DNA of 64,000 bases, taken from NCBI RefSeq assembly GCF_009914755.1, contig NC_060941.1; one strand, written 5' to 3'. The first letter of the stretch is position 1. Every line of letters begins with the position of its first letter. Shown one piece after another: positions 38,901 through 50,900 of this stretch. The position numbers and the translations under genes were made by a program. The notes under the pieces were generated by a model. That model was not told the DNA's origin and searched no databases. It worked only from the letters and a program-made list of their open reading frames with translations. This DNA comes from the human T2T-CHM13v2.0 reference genome, Homo sapiens.

Positions 38901-41900
38901 AGCAGGTTTGAGACACACTTTTTGTAGAATCTACAAGTGGATATATGGACCTCTCTGAGGATTTCGTTGGAAACGGGATAACTGCACCTAACTAAACGGA
39001 AGCATTCTCAGAAACTTCTTGGTGATGTTTGCATTCAAATCCCAGAGTTGAACCTTCCTTTGAGAGTTCAGGTTTGAAACACTCTTTTTGTAGGATCTGA
39101 AAGTGGATATTTGGACCACTCTGTGGCCTTCGTTCGAAACGGGTACATCTTCGCATAAAATCTAGACAGAAGCCTTCTCAGAAACTTCTCTGTGATGATT
39201 GCATTCAACTCACAGAGTTGAACCCTCCTATGCATAGAGCAGTGTTGAAACTCTCTTTTTGTGGAATCTGCAAGCGGATATGTGGACCTCTCCGAAGATG
39301 TCTTTGGAAACGGGAATATCTTCACATAAAAACTAAACAGAAGCATTCTCAGAAACTTCTCTGTGATGTTTGTGTTCAACTCCCAGAGTTTCACATTGCT
39401 TCTCATAGAGTAGTTCTGAAACATGCTTTTCGTAGTGTCTGCAAGTGGACATTTGGAGCGCTTTCAGGCCTGTGGTGGAAAACGAATTATGGTCACATGA
39501 AAACTGGAGAGAAGCATTGTCAGAAACTTCTTTGTGATGATTGCATTCAACTCACAGAGTTGAAGGTTCCTTTTCAAAGAGCAGTTTCCAATCACTCTTT
39601 CTGTGGAATCTGCAAGTGGATATTTGGACCTCTTTGAAGATTTCGTTGGAAACGGGAGAATCTTCACAGAAAAGCTAAACAGAAGCATTCTCAGAAACTT
39701 CTTTGTGATGCTTGCATTCAACTCACAGAGTTGAACTTTCCTTTCGAGAGAGAAGCTTTGAAACACTCTTTTTCCAGAATCTGCAAGTGGACATTTGGAG
39801 GGCTTTGAGGCCTGTGGTGGAAAAGGAATTATCTTCCCTTAAAAGCTAGATAGAAGCATTCTCAGAAACTACTTTGTGATGATTGCATTCAAGTCACAGA
39901 GTTGAACATACCCTTTGACAGAGCAGTTTGGAAACTCTCTTTGCGTAGAATCTGCAAGTGAAGATATGGACCGCTTTGAGGCCTATGGTAGTAAAGGAAA
40001 TAGCTTCATATAAAAGCTAGACAGCAGCATTCACAGAAAACTCTTGGTGACGACTGAGTTTAACTCACAGAGCTGAACATTCCTTTGGATGGAGCAGTTT
40101 CAAAACACACTATTTGTAGAATGTGCAAGTGGATATGTGGGCCTCTCTGAGGATTTCGTTGGAAACGGGATAAACCGCCCAGAACTAAACAGAAGCATTC
40201 TCAGAACCTTCTTCGTGATGTTTGCATTCAACTCACAGTGTTGAACCTTTCTTTGATAGTTCAGGTTTGAAACGGTCTTTCTGTAGAAACTGCAAGTAGA
40301 TATTTGGACCTCTCTGAGGATTTCGTTGGAAACGGGATAAACCGCACAGAACTAAAACAGAAGCATTCTCAGAACCCTCTTCGTGATGTTTGCATTCAAT
40401 TCACGGTGCTGAACCTTTCTTTGATAGTTCAGCTTTGAAACACTCTTTTTGTAGAAACTGCAAGTGGATATTTGGTCCTCTCTGAGGATTTCGTTGGAAA
40501 CGGGATAAACCGCACAGAACTATACAGAAGCATTCTCAGAACCTTCTTCGTGATGTCTGCATTCAACTCACAGTGTGGAACCTTTCTTTGATAGTTCAGG
40601 TTTGAAACACTCTTTTTGTAGAAACTGCAAGGGGATCATTGCACTTCTTTGAGGCCTACCGTAGTAAAGGAAATAACTTCCTATAAAAAGAAGACAGAAG
40701 CTTTCTCAGAAAATTCTTTGGGATGATTGAGTGGAGCAAACAGAGCTGAACACTCCTTGCGATGTAGCAGTTTAGAAACACCCTTTCTGCAGAATCTGCA
40801 AGTGCATATGTGGACCTCTCTGAGGAATTCGTTGGAAACGGGATAATTTCAGCTGACTAAACAGAAGCAGTCTCAGAATCTTCTTTGTGATGTTTGCATT
40901 CAAATCCCAGAGTTGAACTTTCCTTTCAAAGTTCACGTTTGAAACACTCTTTTTGCAGGATCTACAAGTGGATATTTGGACCACTCTGTGTCCTTCGTTC
41001 GAAACGGGTATATCTTCACATGACATCTAGACAGAAGCATTCTCAGAAGCTTCTCTGTGATGACTGCATTCAACTCACGGAGTTGAACACTCCTTTTGAG
41101 AGCGCAGTTTTGAAACTCTCTTTCTGTGGCATCTGCAAGGGGACATGTAGACCTCTTTGAAGATTTCGTTGCAAACGGAATCATCTTCACATAAAAACTA
41201 TACAGATGCATTCACAGGAACTTTTTGGTGATGTTTGTATTCAACTCCCAGAGTTGAACTTTCCTTTGGAAAGAGCAGCTATGAAACACTCTTTTTCTAG
41301 AATCTGCAAGTGGACGTTTGGAGGGCTTTGTGGTTTGTGGTGGAAAAGGAAATATCTTCACCTAAATACTAGATAGAAGCATTCTCAGAAACTGCTTTGT
41401 GATGATTGCATTCACCTCACAGAGTTGAACATTCCTATTGATAGAGCAGTTTGGAAACACTCTTGTTGTGGAATGTGCAAGTGGAGATTTGGAGCGCTTT
41501 GAGGCCTATGGTAGTAAAGGGAATAGCTTCATAGAAAAACTAGACAGAAGCATTCTGAGAAAATACTTTGTGATGATTGAGTTGAACTCACAGAGCTGAA
41601 CATTCCTTTGGATGGAGCAGGTTTGAGACACACTTTTTGTAGAATCTACAAGTGGATATATGGACCTCTCTGAGGATTTCGTTGGAAACGGGATAACTGC
41701 ACCTAACTAAACGGAAGCATTCTCAGAAACTTCTTGGTGATGTTTGCATTCAAATCCCAGAGTTGAACCTTCCTTTGAGAGTTCAGGTTTGAAACACTCT
41801 TTTTGTAGGATCTGAAAGTGGATATTTGGACCACTCTGTGGCCTTCGTTCGAAACGGGTACATCTTCGCATAAAATCTAGACAGAAGCCTTCTCAGAAAC

Positions 41901-44900
41901 TTCTCTGTGATGATTGCATTCAACTCACAGAGTTGAACCCTCCTATGCATAGAGCAGTGTTGAAACTCTCTTTTTGTGGAATCTGCAAGCGGATATGTGG
42001 ACCTCTCCGAAGATGTCTTTGGAAACGGGAATATCTTCACATAAAAACTAAACAGAAGCATTCTCAGAAACTTCTCTGTGATGTTTGTGTTCAACTCCCA
42101 GAGTTTCACATTGCTTCTCATAGAGTAGTTCTGAAACATGCTTTTCGTAGTGTCTGCAAGTGGACATTTGGAGCGCTTTCAGGCCTGTGGTGGAAAACGA
42201 ATTATGGTCACATAAAAACTGGAGAGAAGCATTGTCAGAAACTTCTTTGTGATGATTGCATTCAAGTCACAGAGTTGAAGGTTCCTTTTCAAAGAGCAGT
42301 TTCCAATCACTCTTTCTGTGGAATCTGCAAGTGGATATTTGGACCTCTTTGAAGATTTCGTTGGAAACGGGAGAATCTTCACAGAAAAGCTAAACAGAAG
42401 CATTCTCAGAAACTTCTTTGTGATGCTTGCATTCAACTCACAGAGTTGAACTTTCCTTTCGAGAGAGAAGCTTTGAAACACTCTTTTTCCAGAATCTGCA
42501 AGTGGACATTTGGAGGGCTTTGAGGCCTGTGGTGGAAAAGGAATTATCTTCCCGTAAAAGCTAGATAGAAGCATTCTCAGAAACTACTTTGTGATGATTG
42601 CATGCAAGTCACAGAGTTGAACATTCCCTTTGTCAGAGCAGTTTGGAAACTCTCTTTGCGTAGAATCTGCAAGTGGAGATATGGACCGCTTTGAGGCCTA
42701 TGGTAGTAAAGGAAATAGCTTCATATAAAAGCTAGACAGCAGCATTCACAGAAAACTCTTGGTGACGACTGAGTTTAACTCACAGAGCTGAACATTCCTT
42801 TGGATGGAGCAGTTTCGAAACACACTATTTGTAGAATGTGCAAGTGGATATGTGGGCCTCTCTGAGGATTTCTTTGGAAACGGGATAAACCGCACAGAAC
42901 TAAACAGAAGCATTCTCAGAACCTTCTTCGTGATGTTTGCATTCAACTCACAGTGTTGAACCTTTCTTTGATAGTTCAGGTTTGAAACGGTCTTTCTGTA
43001 GAAACTGCAAGTAGATATTTGGACCTCTCTGAGGATTTCGTTGGAAACGGGATAAGCCGCACAGAACTAAAACAGAAGCATTCTCAGAACCCTCTTCGTG
43101 ATGTTTGCATTCAACTCACGGTGCTGAACCTTTCTTTGATAGTTCAGCTTTGAAACACTCTTTTTGTAGAAACTGCAAGTGGATATTTGGTCCTCTCTGA
43201 GGATTTCGTTGGAAACGGGATAAACCGCACAGAACTAAACAGAAGCATTCTCAGAACCTTCTTCGTGATATCTGCATTCAACTCACAGTGTGGAACCTTT
43301 CTTTGATAGTTCAGGTTTGAAACACTCTTTTTGTAGAAACTGCAAGGGGATCATTGCACTTCTTTGAGGCCTACCGTAGTAAAGGAAATAACTTCCTATA
43401 AAAAGAAGACAGAAGCTTTCTCAGAAAATTCTTTGGGATGATTGAGTTGAGCAAACAGAGCTGAACACTCCTTGCGATGTAGCAGTTTAGAAACACCCTT
43501 TCTGCAGAATCTGCAAGTGCATATGTGTACCTCTCTGAGGAATTCGTTGGAAACGGGATAATTTCAGCTGACTAAACAGAAGCAGTCTCAGAATCTTCTT
43601 TGTGATGTTTGCATTCAAATCCCAGAGTTGAACTTTCCTTTCAAAGTTCACGTTTGAAACACTCTTTTTGCAGGATCTACAAGTGGATATTTGGACCACT
43701 CTGTGTCCTTCGTTCGAAACGGGTATATCTTCACATGACATCTAGACAGAAGCATTCTCAGAAGCTTCTCTGTGATGACTGCATTCAACTCACGGAGTTG
43801 AACACTCCTTTTGAGAGCGCAGTTTTGAAACTCTCTTTCTGTGGCATCTGCAAGGGGACATGTAGACCTCTTTGAAGATTTCGTTGGAAACGGAATCATC
43901 TTCACATCAAAACTATACAGATGCATTCACAGGAACTTTTTGGTGATGTTTGTATTCAACTCCCAGAGTTGAACTTTCCTTTGGAAAGAGCAGCTATGAA
44001 ACACTCTTTTTCTAGAATCTGCAAGTGGACGTTTGGAGGGCTTTGTGGTTTGTGGTGGAAAAGGAAATATCTTCACCTAAATACTAGATAGAAGCATTCT
44101 CAGAAACTGCTTTGTGATGATTGCATTCACCTCACAGAGTTGAACATTCCTATTGATAGAGCAGTTTGGAAACACTCTTGTTGTGGAATGTGCAAGTGGA
44201 GATTTGGAGCGCTTTGAGGCCTATGGTAGTAAAGGGAATAGCTTCATAGAAAAACTAGACAGAAGCATTCTCAGAAAATACTTTGTGATGATTGAGTTGA
44301 ACTCACAGAGCTGAACATTCCTTTGGATGGAGCAGGTTTGAGACACACTTTTTGTAGAATCTACAAGTGGATATATGGACCTCTCTGAGGATTTCGTTGG
44401 AAACGGGATAACTGCACCTAACTAAACGGAAGCATTCTCAGAAACTTCTTGGTGATGTTTGCATTCAAATCCCAGAGTTGAACCTTCCTTTGAGAGTTCA
44501 GGTTTGAAACACTCTTTTTGTAGGATCTGAAAGTGGATATTTGGACCACTCTGTGGCCTTCGTTTGAAACGGGTACATCTTCGCATAAAATCTAGACAGA
44601 AGCCTTCTCAGAAACTTCTCTGTGATGATTGCATTCAACTCACAGAGTTGAACCCTCCTATGCATAGAGCAGTGTTGAAACTCTCTTTTTGTGGAATCTG
44701 CAAGCGGATATGTGGACCTCTCCGAAGATGTCTTTGGAAACGGGAATATCTTCACATAAAAACTAAACAGAAGCATTCTCAGAAACTTCTCTGTGATGTT
44801 TGTGTTCAACTCCCAGAGTTTCACATTGCTTCTCATAGAGTAGTTCTGAAACATGCTTTTCGTAGTGTCTGCAAGTGGACATTTGGAGCGCTTTCAGGCC

Positions 44901-47900
44901 TGTGGTGGAAAACGAATTATGGTCACATAAAAACTGGAGAGAAGCATTGTCAGAAACTTCTTTGTGATGATTGCATTCAAGTCACAGAGTTGAAGGTTCC
45001 TTTTCAAAGAGCAGTTTCCAATCACTCTTTCTGTGGAATCTGCAAGTGGATATTTGGACCTCTTTGAAGATTTCGTTGGAAACGGGAGAATCTTCACAGA
45101 AAAGCTAAACAGAAGCATTCTCAGAAACTTCTTTGTGATGCTTGCATTCAACTCACAGAGTTGAACTTTCCTTTCGAGAGAGAAGCTTTGAAACACTCTT
45201 TTTCCAGAATCTGCAAGTGGACATTTGGAGGGCTTTGAGGCCTGTGGTGGAAAAGGAATTATCTTCCCGTAAAAGCTAGATAGAAGCATTCTCAGAAACT
45301 ACTTTGTGATGATTGCATTCAAGTCACAGAGTTGAACATTCCCTTTGACAGAGCAGTTTGGAAACTCTCTTTGCGTAGAATCTGCAAGTGGAGATATGGA
45401 CCGCTTTGAGGCCTATGGTAGTAAAGGAAATAGCTTCATATAAAAGCTAGACAGCAGCATTCACAGAAAACTCTTGGTGACGACTGAGTTTAACTCACAG
45501 AGCTGAACATTCCTTTGGATGGAGCAGTTTCGAAACACACTATTTGTAGAATGTGCAAGTGGATATGTGGGCCTCTCTGAGGATTTCGTTGGAAACGGGA
45601 TAAACCGCACAGAACTAAACAGAAGCATTCTCAGAACCTTCTTCGTGATGTTTGCATTCAACTCACAGTGTTGAACCTTTCTTTGATAGTTCAGGTTTGA
45701 AACGGTCTTTCTGTAGAAACTGCAAGTAGATATTTGGACCTCTCTGAGGATTTCGTTGGAAACGGGATAAACCGCACAGAACTAAAACAGAAGCATTCTC
45801 AGAACCCTCTTCGTGATGTTTGCATTCAACTCACGGTGCTGAACCTTTCTTTGATAGTTCAGCTTTGAAACACTCTTTTTGTAGAAACTGCAAGTGGATA
45901 TTTGGTCCTCTCTGAGGATTTCGTTGGAAACGGGATAAACCGCACAGAACTAAACAGAAGCATTCTCAGAACCTTCTTCGTGATGTCTGCATTCAACTCA
46001 CAGTGTGGAACCTTTCTTTGATAGTTCAGGTTTGAAACACTCTTTTTGTAGAAACTGCAAGGGGATAATTGCACTTCTTTGAGGCCTACCGTAGTAAAGG
46101 AAATAACTTCCTATAAAAAGAAGACAGAAGCTTTCTCAGAAAATTCTTTGGGATGATTGAGTTGAGCAAACAGAGCTGAACACTCCTTGCGATGTAGCAG
46201 TTTAGAAACACCCTTTCTGCAGAATCTGCAAGTGCATATTTGGACCTCTCTGAGGAATTCGTTGGAAACGGGATAATTTCAGCTGACTAAACAGAAGCAG
46301 TCTCAGAATCTTCTTTGTGATGTTTGCATTCAAATCCCAGAGTTGAACTTTCCTTTCAAAGTTCACGTTTGAAACACTCTTTTTGCAGGATCTACAAGTG
46401 GATATTTGGACCACTCTGTGTCCTTCGTTCGAAACGGGTATATCTTCACATGACATCTAGACAGAAGCATTCTCAGAAGCTTCTCTCTGATGACTGCATT
46501 CAACTCACGGAGTTGAACACTCCTTTTGAGAGCGCAGTTTTGAAACTCTCTTTCTGTGGCATCTGCAAGGGGACATGTAGACCTCTTTGAAGATTTCGTT
46601 GCAAACGGAATCATCTTCACATAAAAACTATACAGATGCATTCTCAGGAACTTTTTGGTGATGTTTGTATTCAACTCCCAGAGTTGAACTTTCCTTTGGA
46701 AAGAGCAGCTATGAAACACTCTTTTTCTAGAATCTGCAAGTGGACGTTTGGAGGGCTTTGTGGTTTGTGGTGGAAAAGGAAATATCTTCACCTAAATACT
46801 AGATAGAAGCATTCTCAGAAACTGCTTTGTGATGATTGCATTCACCTCACAGAGTTGAACATTCCTATTGATAGAGCAGTTTGGAAACACTCTTGTTGTG
46901 GAATGTGCAAGTGGAGATTTGGAGCGCTTTGAGGCCTATGGTAGTAAAGGGAATAGCTTCATAGAAAAACTAGACAGAAGCATTCTCAGAAAATACTTTG
47001 TGATGATTGAGTTGAACTCACAGAGCTGAACATTCCTTTGGATGGAGCAGGCTTGAGACACACTTTTTGTAGAATCTACAAGTGGATATTTGGACCTCTC
47101 TGAAGATTTCGTTGGAAACGGGATAACTGCACCTAACTAAACGGAAGCATTCTCAGAAACTTCTTGGTGATGTTTGCATTCAAATCCCAGAGTTGAACCT
47201 TCCTTTGAGAGTTCAGGTTTGAAACACTCTTTTTGTAGGATCTGCAAGTGGATATTTGGACCACTCTGTGGCCTTCGTTCGAAACGGGTACATCTTCGCA
47301 TAAAATCTAGACAGAAGCCTTCTCAGAAACTTCTCTGTGATGATTGCATTCAACTCACAGAGTTGAACCCTCCTATGGATAGAGCAGTGTTGAAACTCTC
47401 TTTTTGTGGAATCTGCAAGCGGATATGTGGACCTCTCCGAAGATGTCTTTGGAAACGGGAATATCTTCACATAAAAACTAAACAGAGGCATTCTCAGAAA
47501 CTTCTCTGTGATGTTTGTGTTCAACTCCCAGAGTTTCACATTGCTTCTCATAGAGTAGTTCGGAAACATGCTTTTCGTAGTGTCTGCAAGTGGACATTTG
47601 GAGCGCTTTCAGGCCTGTGGTGGAAAACGAATTATGGTCACATAAAAACTGGAGAGAAGCATTGTCAGAAACTTCTTTGTGATGATTGCATTCAAGTCAC
47701 AGAGTTGAAGGTTCCTTTTCAAAGAGCAGTTTCCAATCACTCTTTCTGTGGAATCTGCAAGTGGATATTTGGACCTCTTTGAACATTTCGTTGGAAACGG
47801 GAGAATCTTCACAGAAAAGCTAAACAGAAGCATTCTCAGAAACTTCTTTGTGATGCTTGCATTCAACTCACAGAGTTGAACTTTCCTTTCGAGAGAGAAG

Positions 47901-50900
47901 CTTTGAAACACTCTTTTTCCAGAATCTGCAAGTGGACATTTGGAGGGCTTTGATGTCTGTGGTGGAAAAGGAATTATCTTCCCGTAAAAGCTAGATAGAA
48001 GCATTCTCAGAAACTACTTTGTGATGATTGCATTCAAGTCACAGAGTTGAACATTCCCTTTGACAGAGCAGTTTGGAAACTCTCTTTGTGTAGAATCTGC
48101 AAGTGGAGCTATGGACCGCTTTGAGGCCTATGGTAGTAAAGGAAATAGTTTCATATAAAAGCTAGACAGCAGCATTCAGAGAAAACTCTTGGTGACGACT
48201 GAGTTTAACTCACAGAGCTGAACATTCCTTTGGATGGAGCAGTTTCGAAACACACTATTTGTAGAATGTGCAAGTGGATATGTGGGCCTCTCTGAGGATT
48301 TCGTTGGAAACGGGATAAACCGCACAGAACTAAACGGAAGCATTCTCAGAACCTTCTTCGTGATGTTTGCATTCAACTCACAGTGTTGAACCTTTCTTTG
48401 ATAGTTCAGGTTTGAAACGGTCTTTCTGTAGAAACTGCAAGTAGATATTTGGACCTCTCTGAGGATTTCGTTGGAAACGGGATAAACCGCAGAGAACTAA
48501 AACAGAAGCATTCTCAGAACCCTCTTCGTGATGTTTGCATTCAACTCACGGTGCTGAACCTTTCTTTGATAGTTCAGCTTTGAAACACTCTTTTTGTAGA
48601 AACTGCAAGTGGATATTTGGTCCTCTCTGAGGATTTCGTTGGAAACGGGATAAACCGCACAGAACTAAACAGAAGCATTCTCAGAACCTTCTTCGTGATG
48701 TCTGCATTCAACTCACAGTGTGGAACCTTTCTTTGATAGTTCAGGTTTGAATCACTCTTTTTGTAGAAACTGCAAGGGGATAATTGCACTTCTTTGAGGC
48801 CTACCGTAGTAAAGGAAATAACTTCCTATAAAAAGAAGACAGAAGCTTTCTCAGAAAATTCTTTGGGATGATTGAGTTGAGCAAACAGAGCTGAACACTC
48901 CTTGCGATGTAGCAGTTTAGAAACACACTTTCTGCAGAATCTGCAAGTGCATATGTGGACCTCTCTGAGGTATTCGTTGGAAACGGGATAATTTCAGCTG
49001 ACTAAACAGAAGCAGTCTCAGAATCTTCTTTGTGATGTTTGCATTCAAATCCCAGAGTTGAACTTTCCTTTCAAAGTTCACGTTTGAAACACTCTTTTTG
49101 CAGGATCTACAAGTGGATATTTGGACCACTCTGTGTCCTTCGTTCGAAACGGGTATATCTTCACATGACATCTAGACAGAAGCATTCTCAGAAGCTTCTC
49201 TGTGATGACTGCATTCAACTCACGGAGTTGAACACTCCTTTTGAGAGCGCAGTTTTGAAACTCTCTTTCTGTGGCATCTGCAAGGGGACATGTAGACCTC
49301 TTTGAAGATTTCGTTGGAAACGGAATCATCTTCACATCAAAACTATACAGATGCATTCTCAGAAACTTTTTGGTGATGTTTGTATTCAACTCCCAGAGTT
49401 GAACTTTCCTTTGGAAAGAGCAGCTATGAAACACTCTTTTTCTAGAATCTGCAAGTGGACGTTTGGAGGGCTTTGTGGTTTGTGGTGGAAAAGGAAATAT
49501 CTTCACCTAAATACTAGATAGAAGCATTCTCAGAAACTGCTTTGTGATGATTGCATTCACCTCACAGAGTTGAACATTCCTATTGATAGAGCAGTTTGGA
49601 AACACTCTTGTTGTGGAATGTGCAAGTGGAGATTTGGAGCGCTTTGAGGCCTATGGTAGTAAAGGGAATAGCTTCATAGAAAAACTAGACAGAAGCATTC
49701 TCAGAAAATACTTTGTGATGATTGAGTTGAACTCACAGAGCTGAACATTCCTTTGGATGGAGCAGGCTTGAGACACACTTTTTGTAGAATCTACAAGTGG
49801 ATATTTGGACCTCTCTGAAGATTTCGTTGGAAACGGGATAACTGCACCTAACTAAACGGAAGCATTCTCAGAAACTTCTTGGTGATGTTTGCATTCAAAT
49901 CCCAGAGTTGAACCTTCCTTTGAGAGTTCAGGTTTGAAACACTCTTTTTGTAGGATCTGCAAGTGGATATTTGGACCACTCTGTGGCCTTCGTTCGAAAC
50001 GGGTACATCTTCGCATAAAATCTAGACAGAAGCCTTCTCAGAAACTTCTCTGTGATGATTGCATTCAACTCACAGAGTTGAACCCTCCTATGGATAGAGC
50101 AGTGTTGAAACTCTCTTTTTGTGGAATCTGCAAGCGGATATGTGGACCTCTCCGAAGATGTCTTTGGAAACGGGAATATCTTCACATAAAAACTAAACAG
50201 AGGCATTCTCAGAAACTTCTCTGTGATGTTTGTGTTCAACTCCCAGAGTTTCACATTGCTTCTCGTAGAGTAGTTCGGAAACATGCTTTTCGTAGTGTCT
50301 GCAAGTGGACATTTGGAGCGCTTTCAGGCCTGTGGTGGAAAACGAATTATGGTCACATAAAAACTGGAGAGAAGCATTGTCAGAAACTTCTTTGTGATGA
50401 TTGCATTCAAGTCACAGAGTTGAAGGTTCCTTTTCAAAGAGCAGTTTCCAATCACTCTTTCTGTGGAATCTGCAAGTGGATATTTGGACCTCTTTGAAGA
50501 TTTCGTTGGAAACGGGAGAATCTTCACAGAAAAGCTAAACAGAAGCATTCTCAGAAACTTCTTTGTGATGCTTGCATTCAACTCACAGAGTTGAACTTTC
50601 CTTTCGAGAGAGAAGCTTTGAAACACTCTTTTTCCAGAATCTGCAAGTGGACATTTGGAGGGCTTTGAGGCCTGTGGTGGAAAAGGAATTATCTTCCCGT
50701 AAAAGCTAGATAGAAGCATTCTCAGAAACTACTTTGTGATGATTGCATTCAAGTCACAGAGTTGAACATTCCCTTTGACAGAGCAGTTTGGAAACTCTCT
50801 TTGTGTAGAATCTGCAAGTGGAGCTATGGACCGCTTTGAGGCCTATGGTAGTAAAGGAAATAGTTTCATATAAAAGCTAGACAGCAGCATTCACAGAAAA

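Noticed and set aside
44558-44575. Variant m7 box CTTCGTTTGAAACGGGT as a CENP-B box loss
   Set aside because: The change is in the variable nnnn positions, so the core is retained.
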